From assembly GCA_963743565.1 (NCBI GenBank), contig CAVUQD010000002.1:113604-177603 (forward strand): 64,000 nucleotides of DNA, in the 5' to 3' direction. A model generated the notes under the pieces. That model was not told where the DNA came from. It searched no databases and saw nothing but the letters and a program-made list of their open reading frames with translations. Made by a program: the position numbers and the translations under genes. Source of the stretch: an uncultured Alphaproteobacteria bacterium. GTDB lineage: Bacteria; Pseudomonadota; Alphaproteobacteria; Rhizobiales; Beijerinckiaceae. Positions 38,950 through 48,729 of the stretch are shown here, one piece after another (position 1 is the first letter of the stretch; each line of letters starts with the position of its first letter).

Positions 38950-40275
38950 GTGCTCCGCGCCGCCGATCTCGCCAAGCTGCCGCAGGAGGCGCGCGCGGAA
39001 TTCATCGCGCGGCTCTCGCCCGAAGAGGCGGCGCTGCTTCCCTATCTCTGGGAGTTCTGGGCGCGGCCCGAGCAGCTTCCGCCTTCGGGCGACTGGGTCT
39101 ATTGGCTGCCGCTCGGCGGCCGCGGTTGCGGCAAGACGCGCACGGGCGCCGAGACCGTGCGGCGCTGGATCAGGACGAACGCGCATGTGAACGTCATCGG
39201 CGCGACGGCCGACGACGTGCGCGACATCATGGTCGAGGGCGAGTCTGGGATCTTGAACGTCTGCCCGCCCGACGAGCGGCCCAAATTCGTCGCGGCGCGC
39301 AATCGTCTCGAATGGCCGAACGGCGCCAGGACCCTGCTCTTCTCGGCAGAGTCGCCCGAGCGATTGCGCGGCAAGCAGCACGCCAAGCTCTGGTGCGACG
39401 AGCTCGCCGCCTGGCGCTATCCGGAAGCCTGGGATCAGGCGGTCTTCGGCCTGCGTCTCGGCGACAAGCCGCAGGCGGTGATCACGACGACGCCGCGCCC
39501 GACGAAGCTCCTGCGCGAATTACTCGAAAGCCCGCTCACCCACACGACGAAAAGCGCGACCTACGCCAATCTCGCCAATCTTCCCGAAGCCTTCGCGCAT
39601 AAGATTCTGCGCGCCTATGAGGGCACGCGGCTCGGGCGTCAGGAGCTGGAGGCCGAGCTGCTCCTCGACACGCCCGGCGCGCTGTGGACGCGCGCGATGA
39701 TCGAGGCCGCCTATCGCCATACGCCGCCGAAGCTCACGCGCATCGTCGTCGCAATCGATCCGCCGGCAAGCTCGTCGGAACGTGCCGACGAATGCGGGAT
39801 CGTCGTTGCGGGTCTCAGCGCCGAGAAGGAAATCTGCGTGCTCGCCGATGTCACCTCGCAGGGCGACACGCCCTTGCGTTGGGCGGAGCGCGCGATCTCC
39901 GCCGCGCGCCGCTACGAGGCCGACGCCATCGTCGCCGAGGTCAACAATGGCGGCGAGATGGTCGAGGCGGTGATCCGCCAGGTCGACGCCGACATCCGCG
40001 TGAAGTCGGTGCGCGCGAGCCGCGGAAAGTTCACGCGCGCCGAGCCCGTCGCCGCGCTCTACGAACAGGGCCGCGCGCGCCACATCGGCGTCTTCGCCAA
40101 GCTCGAGGATCAGATGTGCCTGATGACGCCGGACTTCGATCGCGCGTCGGCGGGCTTCTCGCCCGACCGAGTCGATGCGTTGGTCTGGGCCGTCTCGGAG
40201 CTCGTCTTCGCGCCGGGCGACGGCTCGGCGATCATCGATTTTTACCGGCGTCTCGCGAGCGACGCGAAGGGATAG
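38950..40275 (+). CDS. Large terminase, RcGTA-like
   Basis: WARPEQLPP.GDW, GGRGCGKTRTGAE, LRGKQH..WCDELAAW, VVAIDPP..DECGIVV, SPDRVDALVWA. Confidence 0.93.
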   Translation: MLRAADLAKLPQEARAEFIARLSPEEAALLPYLWEFWARPEQLPPSGDWVYWLPLGGRGCGKTRTGAETVRRWIRTNAHVNVIGATADDVRDIMVEGESGILNVCPPDERPKFVAARNRLEWPNGARTLLFSAESPERLRGKQHAKLWCDELAAWRYPEAWDQAVFGLRLGDKPQAVITTTPRPTKLLRELLESPLTHTTKSATYANLANLPEAFAHKILRAYEGTRLGRQELEAELLLDTPGALWTRAMIEAAYRHTPPKLTRIVVAIDPPASSSERADECGIVVAGLSAEKEICVLADVTSQGDTPLRWAERAISAARRYEADAIVAEVNNGGEMVEAVIRQVDADIRVKSVRASRGKFTRAEPVAALYEQGRARHIGVFAKLEDQMCLMTPDFDRASAGFSPDRVDALVWAVSELVFAPGDGSAIIDFYRRLASDAKG

Positions 40276-40340
40276 CGATGGCACGGAACCAGCGATCTTC
40301 GCGACTGCACCCTCACTCCTCTGGCGACATCTCTGACGCC

Positions 40341-40485
40341 CCTTGCATCTGATGGCGGCGAGCATGGCGAGCGGTCGGACCTTGTCAAGGATGCGCGTTG
40401 CGCACCGCCTTCGGCGGCGGCCGAAGGCCGTCCTTGACAACGGCCGAACCGTCTCGCCGACAATGCTCCGCCAAGAGATGCAAGG
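40341..40485. repeat. ~145-nt nested inverted repeat (MITE/REP-like hairpin)
   Basis: CCTTGCATCT/AGATGCAAGG, TTGTCAAGGA/TCCTTGACAA and CCTTCGGC/GCCGAAGG pairs. Confidence 0.75.
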
Positions 40486-40632
40486 CGCACTGCAAGCTCC
40501 GGGGATGTTTGGCCACCGGGGCCGACGCCAAGGGGGAAGCCATACGCTTCTCCCTACCTCTCCTCCCCAAAGAGCCGAGTCCATGCCGCAAAGAATCTGG
40601 GCGCCCGAGGGCGCCGCCCCGAGCGCCCACGC

Positions 40633-42033
40633 ATGAACGCGCGCGATTCTCAAGCCGGCCGCCCCTCCTGGTCGCTTTCGCCGCAAGACCTCACGGTCTC
40701 CTACGGGCAGGCGCAGTTCATGTCCTCGCGGGGCGAGGCCAATGCGTCCGGCTGGTTCGGACCGCTCGCGCCGCTCGCCCCCATCGCGCCCAAAGAGGTC
40801 GCCGGGCGGCAGTTCGATTTCCCCTCGGGCTACAATATCGCCATCGGCACGCGCGCCTACGAGCCGATCACCTTTCACGATCTGCGCGCGCTTGCTGAAA
40901 CTTACGATCTGCTGCGCCTCGTCATCGAGACGCGCAAGGATCAGATCGAGCGCATGAGCTGGTCGCTGCGTCCGCGCCCCGGAAGCGACGGTCCCGGCGC
41001 CGCGCGCATCAAGGAGCTGACGCGCTTCTTCCACAAGCCCGACGGCGAGCATTCCTTCGCCGCCTGGCTGCGCATGCTGCTCGAGGACCTGCTCGTCATC
41101 GACGCGCCGACGCTCTGGAAGCAGCGCGCCCGCAACGGGTCGCTCCTGGCCTTGCATCCGCTCGATGGCGCGACGATCAAGCGCGTCATCGACGACTGGG
41201 GGCGCACGCCGCAAGCCTTCGTCGGCGATGACGGCGCGCTCGTCTATCCAGCCGCCTATCAGCAGGTGTTGAAGGGCTATCCCGCCGTCGACTACGCCGC
41301 GCGCGATCTGATCTATGCGCCGCGCAATCTGCGACCGGGCCGCGTCTACGGCTTCTCGCCCGTCGAGCAGATCGTGATGACGGCGAATATCGCGCTGAAG
41401 CGCCAGATCTTCACGCTGACGCATTTCACCGAAGGCAATATCCCCGAAAGCCTCATCGGGGTGCCGGAGAGCTGGACGCCCGACCAGATCAAGAATTTCC
41501 AGGACTATTGGGACGCCTATTTCACCGGCGATCTCGCCGCGCGCCGCCGCGCCAAATTCGTGCCCGGCGGCGTGGCGAAAACCTTCATTCAGACGAAGGA
41601 GCCGGAGCTCAAGAATCTCTTCGACGAATGGCTGGCGCGCGTCGTCTGCTACGCGTTTTCAGTTTCGCCGCAGGCTTTCGTGAATCAGCTCAATCGCGCG
41701 ACGGGAGAGACGCAAAAGGAGCTCGCGGAAGAGGAAGGGTTGTGGCCGATCCTGAAATGGGTGAAGCGGCTCATCGATCGCGTGCTGATTGAGGATTTCG
41801 ACGAAGAGGACGTCGAATTCGTCTGGGGCGAGGACGCGCAAGTCGATGTTTCGCAGCAGGCGCAAATTTTGACGAGCTATGTCGCCGCGGGGATTCTGAC
41901 GCGCAACGAAGCGCGCGCGCAGCTCGGACAAGCGCCAGTCGATAACGCTGGCGCCGATGCGCTGCTGGTGACGACGGGGAGCGGGCCGGCGCCGTTGCCA
42001 CAGCTTACGACCGTAGACGTGGGCCTCGTCTAA
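40633..42033 (+). CDS. Phage portal protein
   Basis: 466 aa; FAAWLRMLLEDLLVIDA, LHPLDGATI, VYGFSPVE, FTEGNIPE. Confidence 0.88.
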   Translation: MNARDSQAGRPSWSLSPQDLTVSYGQAQFMSSRGEANASGWFGPLAPLAPIAPKEVAGRQFDFPSGYNIAIGTRAYEPITFHDLRALAETYDLLRLVIETRKDQIERMSWSLRPRPGSDGPGAARIKELTRFFHKPDGEHSFAAWLRMLLEDLLVIDAPTLWKQRARNGSLLALHPLDGATIKRVIDDWGRTPQAFVGDDGALVYPAAYQQVLKGYPAVDYAARDLIYAPRNLRPGRVYGFSPVEQIVMTANIALKRQIFTLTHFTEGNIPESLIGVPESWTPDQIKNFQDYWDAYFTGDLAARRRAKFVPGGVAKTFIQTKEPELKNLFDEWLARVVCYAFSVSPQAFVNQLNRATGETQKELAEEEGLWPILKWVKRLIDRVLIEDFDEEDVEFVWGEDAQVDVSQQAQILTSYVAAGILTRNEARAQLGQAPVDNAGADALLVTTGSGPAPLPQLTTVDVGLV

Positions 42034-42109
42034 ACCCGCGACGCGGCGTCCCGCGCATTCACACTCTCGGCTCGCCTCGCGCGGGTCTTTTCTTTGGGAG
42101 CAACCCCGC

Positions 42110-43297
42110 ATGGCCGAATTCAATCTCTTCATTCCGCTGACCAAGGCCGACGCGAAGCGGCGACTCGTCTATGGCGTCGTCACGGCAGAGGCGCCCGATC
42201 GCGGCAATGAGATTTGCGACTATGCGACGACCAAGCCCTATTATCAAAAGTGGTCGGCGGAGTTCCTGAAGGCCTCCGGCGGCAAGAGCCTCGGCAATCT
42301 GCGCGCCATGCACGGCAAGATCGCGGCGGGGCGGCTCGAAGCCATCAACTTCAACGATGACGAGAAGCAGATCGAAATCTGCGCGAAGATCGTCGACGAC
42401 GCCGAATGGTGCAAGGTCGAGGCCGGCGTCTATACCGGCTTCTCGCAGGGCGGCGGCTATGTGCGGCGCTGGAAGGACGCGAACGATCCGACTCTCACCC
42501 GCTACACGGCGAATCCGAGCGAGATATCGCTCGTCGATCTGCCAGCGTTGCCCAACGCGACCTTCTCGCTGATCAAGGCCGACGGCGCCGTCGAAACGCA
42601 AGGCTTCGCCATGCATGAGAGCGCCGGCGAGGTCGAGCAGGTCTGGATGGCCCAGGACGGCAAGACGTTCAAGAAGAAGGCCGAGGCGCTCGCGCATCAG
42701 ATGGCGCTCGCGAGCATGGGACCGATGCTCGGCGCGCTCGCACGGGCGGAAAGCGATATCGACGGCGTGCGTCTTATGCCGCGAAAGCGTCCGGAGCGCG
42801 AAAAGCTCGTCAAGCTGCTCTCCGAGCAGGCGCTGGACGCGGCGCGGGCGGTGGCGGCGCTCGAGATCGTCTTCGATATCCTCAACAACGCGCTCGACGA
42901 TGATGACGCCTCGGACGAGATTTCGGCGCTCGCTCAAGCGATCGAGGAGCTGAAGCAATTCATCGCCTCTCTCCTCCTGGTGCATGACGAACCGCTGGCG
43001 CAGAGCGTGGGCGGTCAAGATCTCGCCAAGGCGCTGGAGGAGACGCGGCTCGAACGCGACGCGCAGCGCGCGCTGCTCGAAGAGCTCACGCCACGGCTCG
43101 AGAAGCTCGCGGCGCGCGTCGAGGAGATCGGCCGCCAGCCGCTGCCGCCGCCCCTGCTCGCGGGAACCCGCGCGATTGAGAAAGGCGCCGAGACGCAGCA
43201 GGAGGATCTCGCCGCGGCGCTGGCCAAGATGAGCGGCGAGGAACGCGCCAGGCTCCTCATCAAGGTCGCGCAACGTCAACCCGCGCCGCTTCGCTGA
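42110..43297 (+). CDS. Prohead protease / scaffold protein
   Basis: RRLVYGV..PDRGNEI, NLRAMHGKIAAG, YTGFSQGG, EISLVDLPALPNA; coiled-coil C-terminus. Confidence 0.82.
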   Translation: MAEFNLFIPLTKADAKRRLVYGVVTAEAPDRGNEICDYATTKPYYQKWSAEFLKASGGKSLGNLRAMHGKIAAGRLEAINFNDDEKQIEICAKIVDDAEWCKVEAGVYTGFSQGGGYVRRWKDANDPTLTRYTANPSEISLVDLPALPNATFSLIKADGAVETQGFAMHESAGEVEQVWMAQDGKTFKKKAEALAHQMALASMGPMLGALARAESDIDGVRLMPRKRPEREKLVKLLSEQALDAARAVAALEIVFDILNNALDDDDASDEISALAQAIEELKQFIASLLLVHDEPLAQSVGGQDLAKALEETRLERDAQRALLEELTPRLEKLAARVEEIGRQPLPPPLLAGTRAIEKGAETQQEDLAAALAKMSGEERARLLIKVAQRQPAPLR

Positions 43298-43365
43298 ATC
43301 AACCCGCTCGATAAGAGCTTGCCGCCGGGGACGGCGCTTTCTCACGCCACAGGACACTGACTAAG

Positions 43366-44871
43366 ATGAACATTCACGCGACCACGCACGAAGTCCTTCA
43401 GGCCATCCGCAAGGCGCAGAGCGTCTCCTTGACCGATCCGCGTCTCGGCGGACTGGAGAAGAGCACCTTCCAGCAGCCGATTAGCGCGACAAGCGGCCTC
43501 AACTTCTACGATCTCGAGCCCGGCGCGAAATTTCTCGTCCCGGTGCTGACGCCTCTGCGCAATGAAACGCCGCGCGTCTCCGGCATGGGCGGCATTCAGG
43601 CGAATTGGCGCGCGATCACCGGCGTCAATACGACGGGGCTGCGTCTTGGCGTTTCGGGCGGCAATCGGGCCGGCGTGCAGGCGGTGACGACGACCGACTA
43701 TTATGCTTCCTATAAGGGGATCGGTCTCGAGACGAGCGTCGATTTCGAGGCGGAATATGCCGGCATGGGCTTCGACGACGTGCGGGCCCAGGCGGGTCTT
43801 CGAGGACTTCAGGCGACGATGATCGGCGAGGAGGCGCTAATCCTCGGCGGCAACAGTTCGATGCCGCTCGGCGTGACGCCGACGCCGACGCTCACCGCAT
43901 CTTCGAGCGGCGGCGGGCTCGCCTCGGGAACCTTGTCCGTCATCTGCGTCGCGCTGTCGCTCGACGGCGTCATCAACGGCTCGGTCGCCACTGGAATTCA
44001 AGGGCAGATCACGCGTCCCAACGCCGACGGCTCGTCGGACAGCTTCGGCGGCGGCGCGGCTCAGAGATCCGCCAACGCCACCGTTTCGGTCACCGGCCCG
44101 ACGGGGCTCGTCACGGCAACCGTCGCGGCCGTGCGCGGCGCGCTGGGCTACGCCTGGTTCTGGGGCTCGACCGGATCGGAGGTTCTAGGCGCCATTACGA
44201 CGATCAACTCCATCGCGATTTCCGCGACGGCGGCCGGAACGCAGACCACCGCCTCGCTTACGACCGACTACTCGACGAACGCGCTGGTCTTCGACGGGCT
44301 TCTGACCATCGCGCTGAAAGCCGGCTCCGGCGCCTATGTCGCCCAGCAGCCGACGGGAACCGGCGCCGCCGGAACGCCGCTCACGGCCGATGGCGCGGGC
44401 GGCGTGGTCGAGATCGATGCCGCGCTCAAATCCATGTGGGACAATTTTCGGCTCTCTCCCGACACCATTTGGGTGAACAGCCAGGAGGCGCTGAACGTCT
44501 CGAAGAAGATTCTCGCAGGCGCCGCCAATTCGGCGCAGCAATTCGTCTTCAACGCGGCGCAGGACGCGATCAACGGCGGCGTGATGGTGAGAAGCTACCT
44601 CAACCGCTTTTCCATGAGCGGCGGCTCGACGCTCGACATCAGAGTGCATCCCAACCTGCCGGCCGGGACGATCCTGATGACCTCGCGCTCGATCCCCTAT
44701 CCGCTGTCCGGCGTCGGCAACGTATTTCAAATCCGCACGCGCCGCGACTATTACCAGATCGAGTGGCCGCTGCGCTCGCGGCGCTATGAATATGGCGTCT
44801 ATGCGGATGAGGTGCTGCAGCATTATTTCCCGCCTTCGATGGCGGTCATCACCAACATCGCCAACGGCTGA
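43366..44871 (+). CDS. Major capsid protein (with Ser/Gly/Thr-rich insertion)
   Basis: 501 aa after the protease; LVPVLTPLRNETPRV, PDTIWVNSQE, IRVHPNLP, YEYGVYADEVL. Confidence 0.75.
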   Translation: MNIHATTHEVLQAIRKAQSVSLTDPRLGGLEKSTFQQPISATSGLNFYDLEPGAKFLVPVLTPLRNETPRVSGMGGIQANWRAITGVNTTGLRLGVSGGNRAGVQAVTTTDYYASYKGIGLETSVDFEAEYAGMGFDDVRAQAGLRGLQATMIGEEALILGGNSSMPLGVTPTPTLTASSSGGGLASGTLSVICVALSLDGVINGSVATGIQGQITRPNADGSSDSFGGGAAQRSANATVSVTGPTGLVTATVAAVRGALGYAWFWGSTGSEVLGAITTINSIAISATAAGTQTTASLTTDYSTNALVFDGLLTIALKAGSGAYVAQQPTGTGAAGTPLTADGAGGVVEIDAALKSMWDNFRLSPDTIWVNSQEALNVSKKILAGAANSAQQFVFNAAQDAINGGVMVRSYLNRFSMSGGSTLDIRVHPNLPAGTILMTSRSIPYPLSGVGNVFQIRTRRDYYQIEWPLRSRRYEYGVYADEVLQHYFPPSMAVITNIANG

Positions 44872-44942
44872 CGCAACAACGAACTGCCGGCTCTCGCGCC
44901 CCCGGCGCGGGAGCCCGAAAGACCGAAAGGGAGTGGCGCGTT

Positions 44943-45776
44943 ATGGCGACGGGCGATCTCGTGCAGCTTGCCACGGTCAAGAACTGGCTCGGCGTCACCT
45001 CTTCCGCCGACGACGCGTTGCTCAGCGCGCTCATCACGCAGATCAGCCGCGCGATCTACAACTACATCAACCGATCCTTCGTGCTGCCGTCCAATGTGTC
45101 CGAAGCCTATGACGGCTCGGGCCGCGAGAGCCTGATCCTGCGCAACTGGCCGGTGGGCGCGATCAGCGCGGTTGTCGTCGACGGCAAGCCAATTCCGCCC
45201 GCCCCGCTGATGCTCACAGGCGTAGAGCCCGCGCCTGGATACGTGCTGGAGCAGGCGGACGATCAGCCGCCGGGCGCGATGCAGCAACTCTTTCTGCGTG
45301 GCCCCTATCGCTTCCACAAAGGCCGCCAGAACATCGTCGTCTCCTATCGCGCCGGATACGAAATTGTCGGAGAAGCGCAGAGCGTGCCGACACAGGCGCC
45401 CTTTCAATTCACGGCGTTCTCGCCTTACGGCGTCTTTGCCGAGGACACGGGCGTCGCCTATGCGAATGGATCGCCGCTGAGCGCCGTGGCCGCCAATCCG
45501 GGCGCGGCCCAATATACGGTGGATGCGACGAGCGGAACCTATGGCTTTTCCGCCGCCGACGCCGGCGCGGCGCTCACGATCTCCTACGGCTACATCCCCG
45601 CCGATCTCGCCCAATGCGCGCTCGAATGGGTCGCCGACCGCTATCGCTACAGGGACCGCATCGGCGTTGCGAGCCGAAGCCTCGGCGGCCAGGAGACGAC
45701 CGCCTATCAGAATCGGGCTATCCCCGATTTCGTCGTCGCCTCGCTCGTCAATTTTCGTCGCATCATCGCCAACTGA
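44943..45776 (+). CDS. Head-tail adaptor (gp6-like) with an inserted beta-rich module
   Basis: LATVKNWLG..DDALLSALITQISRAI..YINR at the start; IPADLAQCALEWVA..SRSLGG at the end. Confidence 0.75.
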   Translation: MATGDLVQLATVKNWLGVTSSADDALLSALITQISRAIYNYINRSFVLPSNVSEAYDGSGRESLILRNWPVGAISAVVVDGKPIPPAPLMLTGVEPAPGYVLEQADDQPPGAMQQLFLRGPYRFHKGRQNIVVSYRAGYEIVGEAQSVPTQAPFQFTAFSPYGVFAEDTGVAYANGSPLSAVAANPGAAQYTVDATSGTYGFSAADAGAALTISYGYIPADLAQCALEWVADRYRYRDRIGVASRSLGGQETTAYQNRAIPDFVVASLVNFRRIIAN

Positions 45777-45779
45777 ACC

Positions 45780-46247
45780 ATGCTCAGCGTCGATATCCAA
45801 GGCGCAGACGCGCTCGACGCGCGTTTGGCGACGCTCTCGGTCGCCGTCCGCGACGCGCTCGCGCGAAAGATCGAGGACCTCGCGGAGCGCCTGGAGCAAA
45901 GGATCAAGGATAATCTCTCCGGGACGGTGTTGCAGGCGGAAAGCGGCACGCTACGCGATTCGATCGAGGTGAGATTCGAGCCTTCCGCCGCCGCGCTCGT
46001 GGCCATGACGAAATACGCCGCCGCGCAGGAATATGGCTTCGTCGGCGAAGAGAGCGTTTCAGCGCACAGCCGCGAAATCAGAGAAGCCTTCGGCCGCACG
46101 ATCGCCCCCAAAACCATCTTCGTTCGCGCCTTTTCGCGGACCATGAATCTGCCCGAGCGCAGCTACATGCGGTCGGCGCTCGACGAGATGCAAGACGAGA
46201 TCGCGGCGGCTCTCTCCGACGCCGTCGAGGAAGGACTGAGCGCATGA
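45780..46247 (+). CDS. Neck/tail-completion protein (HK97 gp10-like)
   Basis: SGTLRDSI, KYAAAQEYG, PERSYMRSAL. Confidence 0.7.
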   Translation: MLSVDIQGADALDARLATLSVAVRDALARKIEDLAERLEQRIKDNLSGTVLQAESGTLRDSIEVRFEPSAAALVAMTKYAAAQEYGFVGEESVSAHSREIREAFGRTIAPKTIFVRAFSRTMNLPERSYMRSALDEMQDEIAAALSDAVEEGLSA

Positions 46248-46699
46248 ATGTCGCGCGCGAGGCCGTGATGACGGCGCTGGTCGCCCTGCTCGCAGGGGTG
46301 AGCTTCGCGCTCCCCGTCAATGGGCAGAGCGGCTTCGTCTCCGTGTCGCGACGCTTGAAACTCTGGTCAGACGTGCCGAAGTCGCAGCGCCCCGCCCTTT
46401 TCGTCACCGAGCACCGCGAGCAGCAGTCCTATCAGAACGAGGCGCTGCCGGCGAAGACGACGCTCGCCGTCGATCTCTTCGTCTATATCGACGCCAGCGA
46501 CCGGAACACGGTCCCCGCGATTGCTCTCAACACGATCCTGGACGCGCTGGAAGCCGCGTTGAACCCCGCAAACGGAGCTCGCCAGACGCTCGGCGGACTC
46601 GCCTCGCATTGTCGCATTGAGGGCGCGGTCCTCAAGGATCCCGGCGATTTGGATGGCGACGGCCTGCTTTGGGTTCCTCTGAAGATTCTCGCGATCTGA
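46244..46699 (+). CDS. Putative tail terminator
   Basis: 151 aa between neck and tail tube; SRRLKLWSDVP..RPALFV. Confidence 0.6.
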   Translation: MNVAREAVMTALVALLAGVSFALPVNGQSGFVSVSRRLKLWSDVPKSQRPALFVTEHREQQSYQNEALPAKTTLAVDLFVYIDASDRNTVPAIALNTILDALEAALNPANGARQTLGGLASHCRIEGAVLKDPGDLDGDGLLWVPLKILAI

Positions 46700-46744
46700 T
46701 CCCGTCTCCCCACTCCACCCCTTGCAAGCTCAAGGAGCCAACGC

Positions 46745-47491
46745 ATGTCCACCAATACTTCGCTGGCCTTCGGCGCCGGCGTCCTGATCGGCACGCCAGC
46801 CGGCGGCTCGCCCCTCCAGTTCGGCACGCTGCAGGACGTCTCCGTCGACTTCAGCTTTTCGGTGAAGCAGCTGATGGGTCAGTTCCAGTTTCCGATCGCC
46901 GTCGCGCGCGGCGCGGGCAAGATTTCCGGCAAGGCGAAATTCGCCAATATCGACGGCCCGACCTTAAACCAGATCTTCTTCGGCAATGCGCCGACGACGG
47001 GTCAGAAGCTCTGGTCCTACAATGAAGGCGCGACGGTCGCCGTGGCCTCGCCTTATACCGCGACGGTGGCCAACGCCGGGTCCTTCGACCAGAATCTCGG
47101 CGTCGCCTATGCCTCCACCGGCCTGCAATTGACGCAGGTGACATCGGGCCCGGCGCAGGGTCAGTATAGCGTCGCGGCCGGCGTCTACACGTTCAACGCG
47201 GCCGACAGCGGCAAGGCGCTGCTGATCACCTACAGCTACACGCAGTCGACTGCGGGCTCCAAGGCCGTCATCGGCAACAAGCTCATGGGCGTCGCGCCGA
47301 CATTCCAGATCGACTTCTATCAGACCAATCCCAACATCGCCGGCGCGCAATGGTCGCTGCGGCTCTATTCCTGCATTTCCTCGAAGCTCGGCCTCGCCAG
47401 CAAGCTCGAGGATTTCACGATCCCCGAGCTCGATTTCGAGGCCTTCGCCAACGCTTCGAACAATCTCGGCGAGATCAATACAGCGATCTGA
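46745..47491 (+). CDS. Major tail (tube) protein
   Basis: 248 aa; FGAGVLIG, LQDVSVDFSFSVKQLMGQ.QFPIAVARG, DFTIPELDF. Confidence 0.75.
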   Translation: MSTNTSLAFGAGVLIGTPAGGSPLQFGTLQDVSVDFSFSVKQLMGQFQFPIAVARGAGKISGKAKFANIDGPTLNQIFFGNAPTTGQKLWSYNEGATVAVASPYTATVANAGSFDQNLGVAYASTGLQLTQVTSGPAQGQYSVAAGVYTFNAADSGKALLITYSYTQSTAGSKAVIGNKLMGVAPTFQIDFYQTNPNIAGAQWSLRLYSCISSKLGLASKLEDFTIPELDFEAFANASNNLGEINTAI

Positions 47492-47502
47492 GGGAGCGCC
47501 CC

Positions 47503-47877
47503 GTGAGTCCTGATCCTCAGATCGATTGCGCCAACGCCGCCGTCGTCACCCTCGCCGGGCGCGAATGGTTCGTGCCGATGCTCGCGATGCGCCAGGCGCG
47601 CATCGTCGTCCCGGCGCTGATGCGCCTGATGCCGGTGCTGCAAAGCCTGCAGAGCGGCGTGGCCGAGGGCGCCGCCCAGCTCTCCGAAACCGATTACGAC
47701 GCGATCCTCGACGTCGTCTACGCAGCGCTGACGCGCGCCTATCCGCGACTGACGCGCGACGCGTTCCTGGACCTCCCCGCCTCCACGCCGGAGCTCATCG
47801 CCGCGCTCGCGGTCGTGACCCGGCAGACGGGCTTCTTCAAGCCGGAGGAGGCGCACACTCCCTCGGGGGAGGTCTGA
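47503..47877 (+). CDS. Tail assembly chaperone (G-like)
   Basis: GTG start after RBS GGGAG; position between tube and tape measure; ends in a G-run. Confidence 0.65.
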   Translation: MSPDPQIDCANAAVVTLAGREWFVPMLAMRQARIVVPALMRLMPVLQSLQSGVAEGAAQLSETDYDAILDVVYAALTRAYPRLTRDAFLDLPASTPELIAALAVVTRQTGFFKPEEAHTPSGEV

Positions 47878-48152
47878 GGGGAGACGCCGAAAGCTTCGAC
47901 GGCTCCCCAAAACACTTCGATCGTTTGATGGCGCATTATTGCCAATGCTCGGGGGAAGCGTGGAGCGACGCGCTCGAAGCCGAGCTCACCTTCCCGCGCC
48001 TCTTCGCACGCCAGGCCTATTGGCGCGAGTTCCCGCCACCGCCTCTGCTGCTGCGCGCGATCGCCGTAGGGCTAGGGGTTTACAAACCCGTCGCGAAAGC
48101 GGCGGACGCGATGGGGGCGCTGAAAGCGATGTTTCCGGAAGGAAAAATCTAG
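47865..48152 (+). CDS. Tail assembly chaperone extension (T-like), probably by -1 frameshift
   Basis: -1 frame is open across G GGG GAG (47865-47871) to TAG 48152; YWREFPPP motif. Confidence 0.5.
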   Translation, partial: GGGLRGDAESFDGSPKHFDRLMAHYCQCSGEAWSDALEAELTFPRLFARQAYWREFPPPPLLLRAIAVGLGVYKPVAKAADAMGALKAMFPEGKI

Positions 48153-48180
48153 CGCGCGTCAGGGATGGCTTTTGATTACC

Positions 48181-48615
48181 TCAATCACAGCCCCCTCCGA
48201 CATTACGCCAATCTCTCCAAATCCGCTCGCGAGCTGCGGCAAGCGTCAGGCGGCCGGCGCAGACCGCGCGGACGAGACAGGTTTCCTTGCGGTCCTTCTC
48301 CGGCGCCTCGTCCCAAGGCTGCAGCTCGAGATTGACACGCTCGAAGGGCGCGCCTCCGAGGCTCAAGGGGATACGATGGTCGAGCTCGAATTGCGACGCG
48401 CTCTCGGACGGGAGCGCCAATGTGCGCAACAGCTCTAACTTGATACGACGCGCGTAGGCGCTCGACGGACGAATGAAGCGCGTCCAGCCAACCAGGCAGA
48501 TCGTCTCCTGGACGCTTTCCTGCGTCACCGCCGGATTGAGCCGAATATCAACACGCGCTGGCTGAGAGAAACTGGGACTGGAGAGAGCGGCCAAGAGGAT
48601 CGAGGCCAGCTTCAT
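48181..48615 (-). CDS. Exported HNH-like hypothetical protein (moron position)
   Basis: Signal-like MKLASILLAALSSPSFS; ELDHRIPLSLGG..NL; opposite strand within the tail operon. Confidence 0.6.
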   Translation of the reverse strand: MKLASILLAALSSPSFSQPARVDIRLNPAVTQESVQETICLVGWTRFIRPSSAYARRIKLELLRTLALPSESASQFELDHRIPLSLGGAPFERVNLELQPWDEAPEKDRKETCLVRAVCAGRLTLAAARERIWRDWRNVGGGCD

Positions 48616-48729
48616 CAGGTTTTCCGCATCCTCCCGAATCAACTTTCACGCGAAATATACAGCCAAAAATTCGAGATTTCGCTCCGCCGAAGCGCAAGCG
48701 TCGGCCAATCCCGAGAAGGAGTCGCCGCC

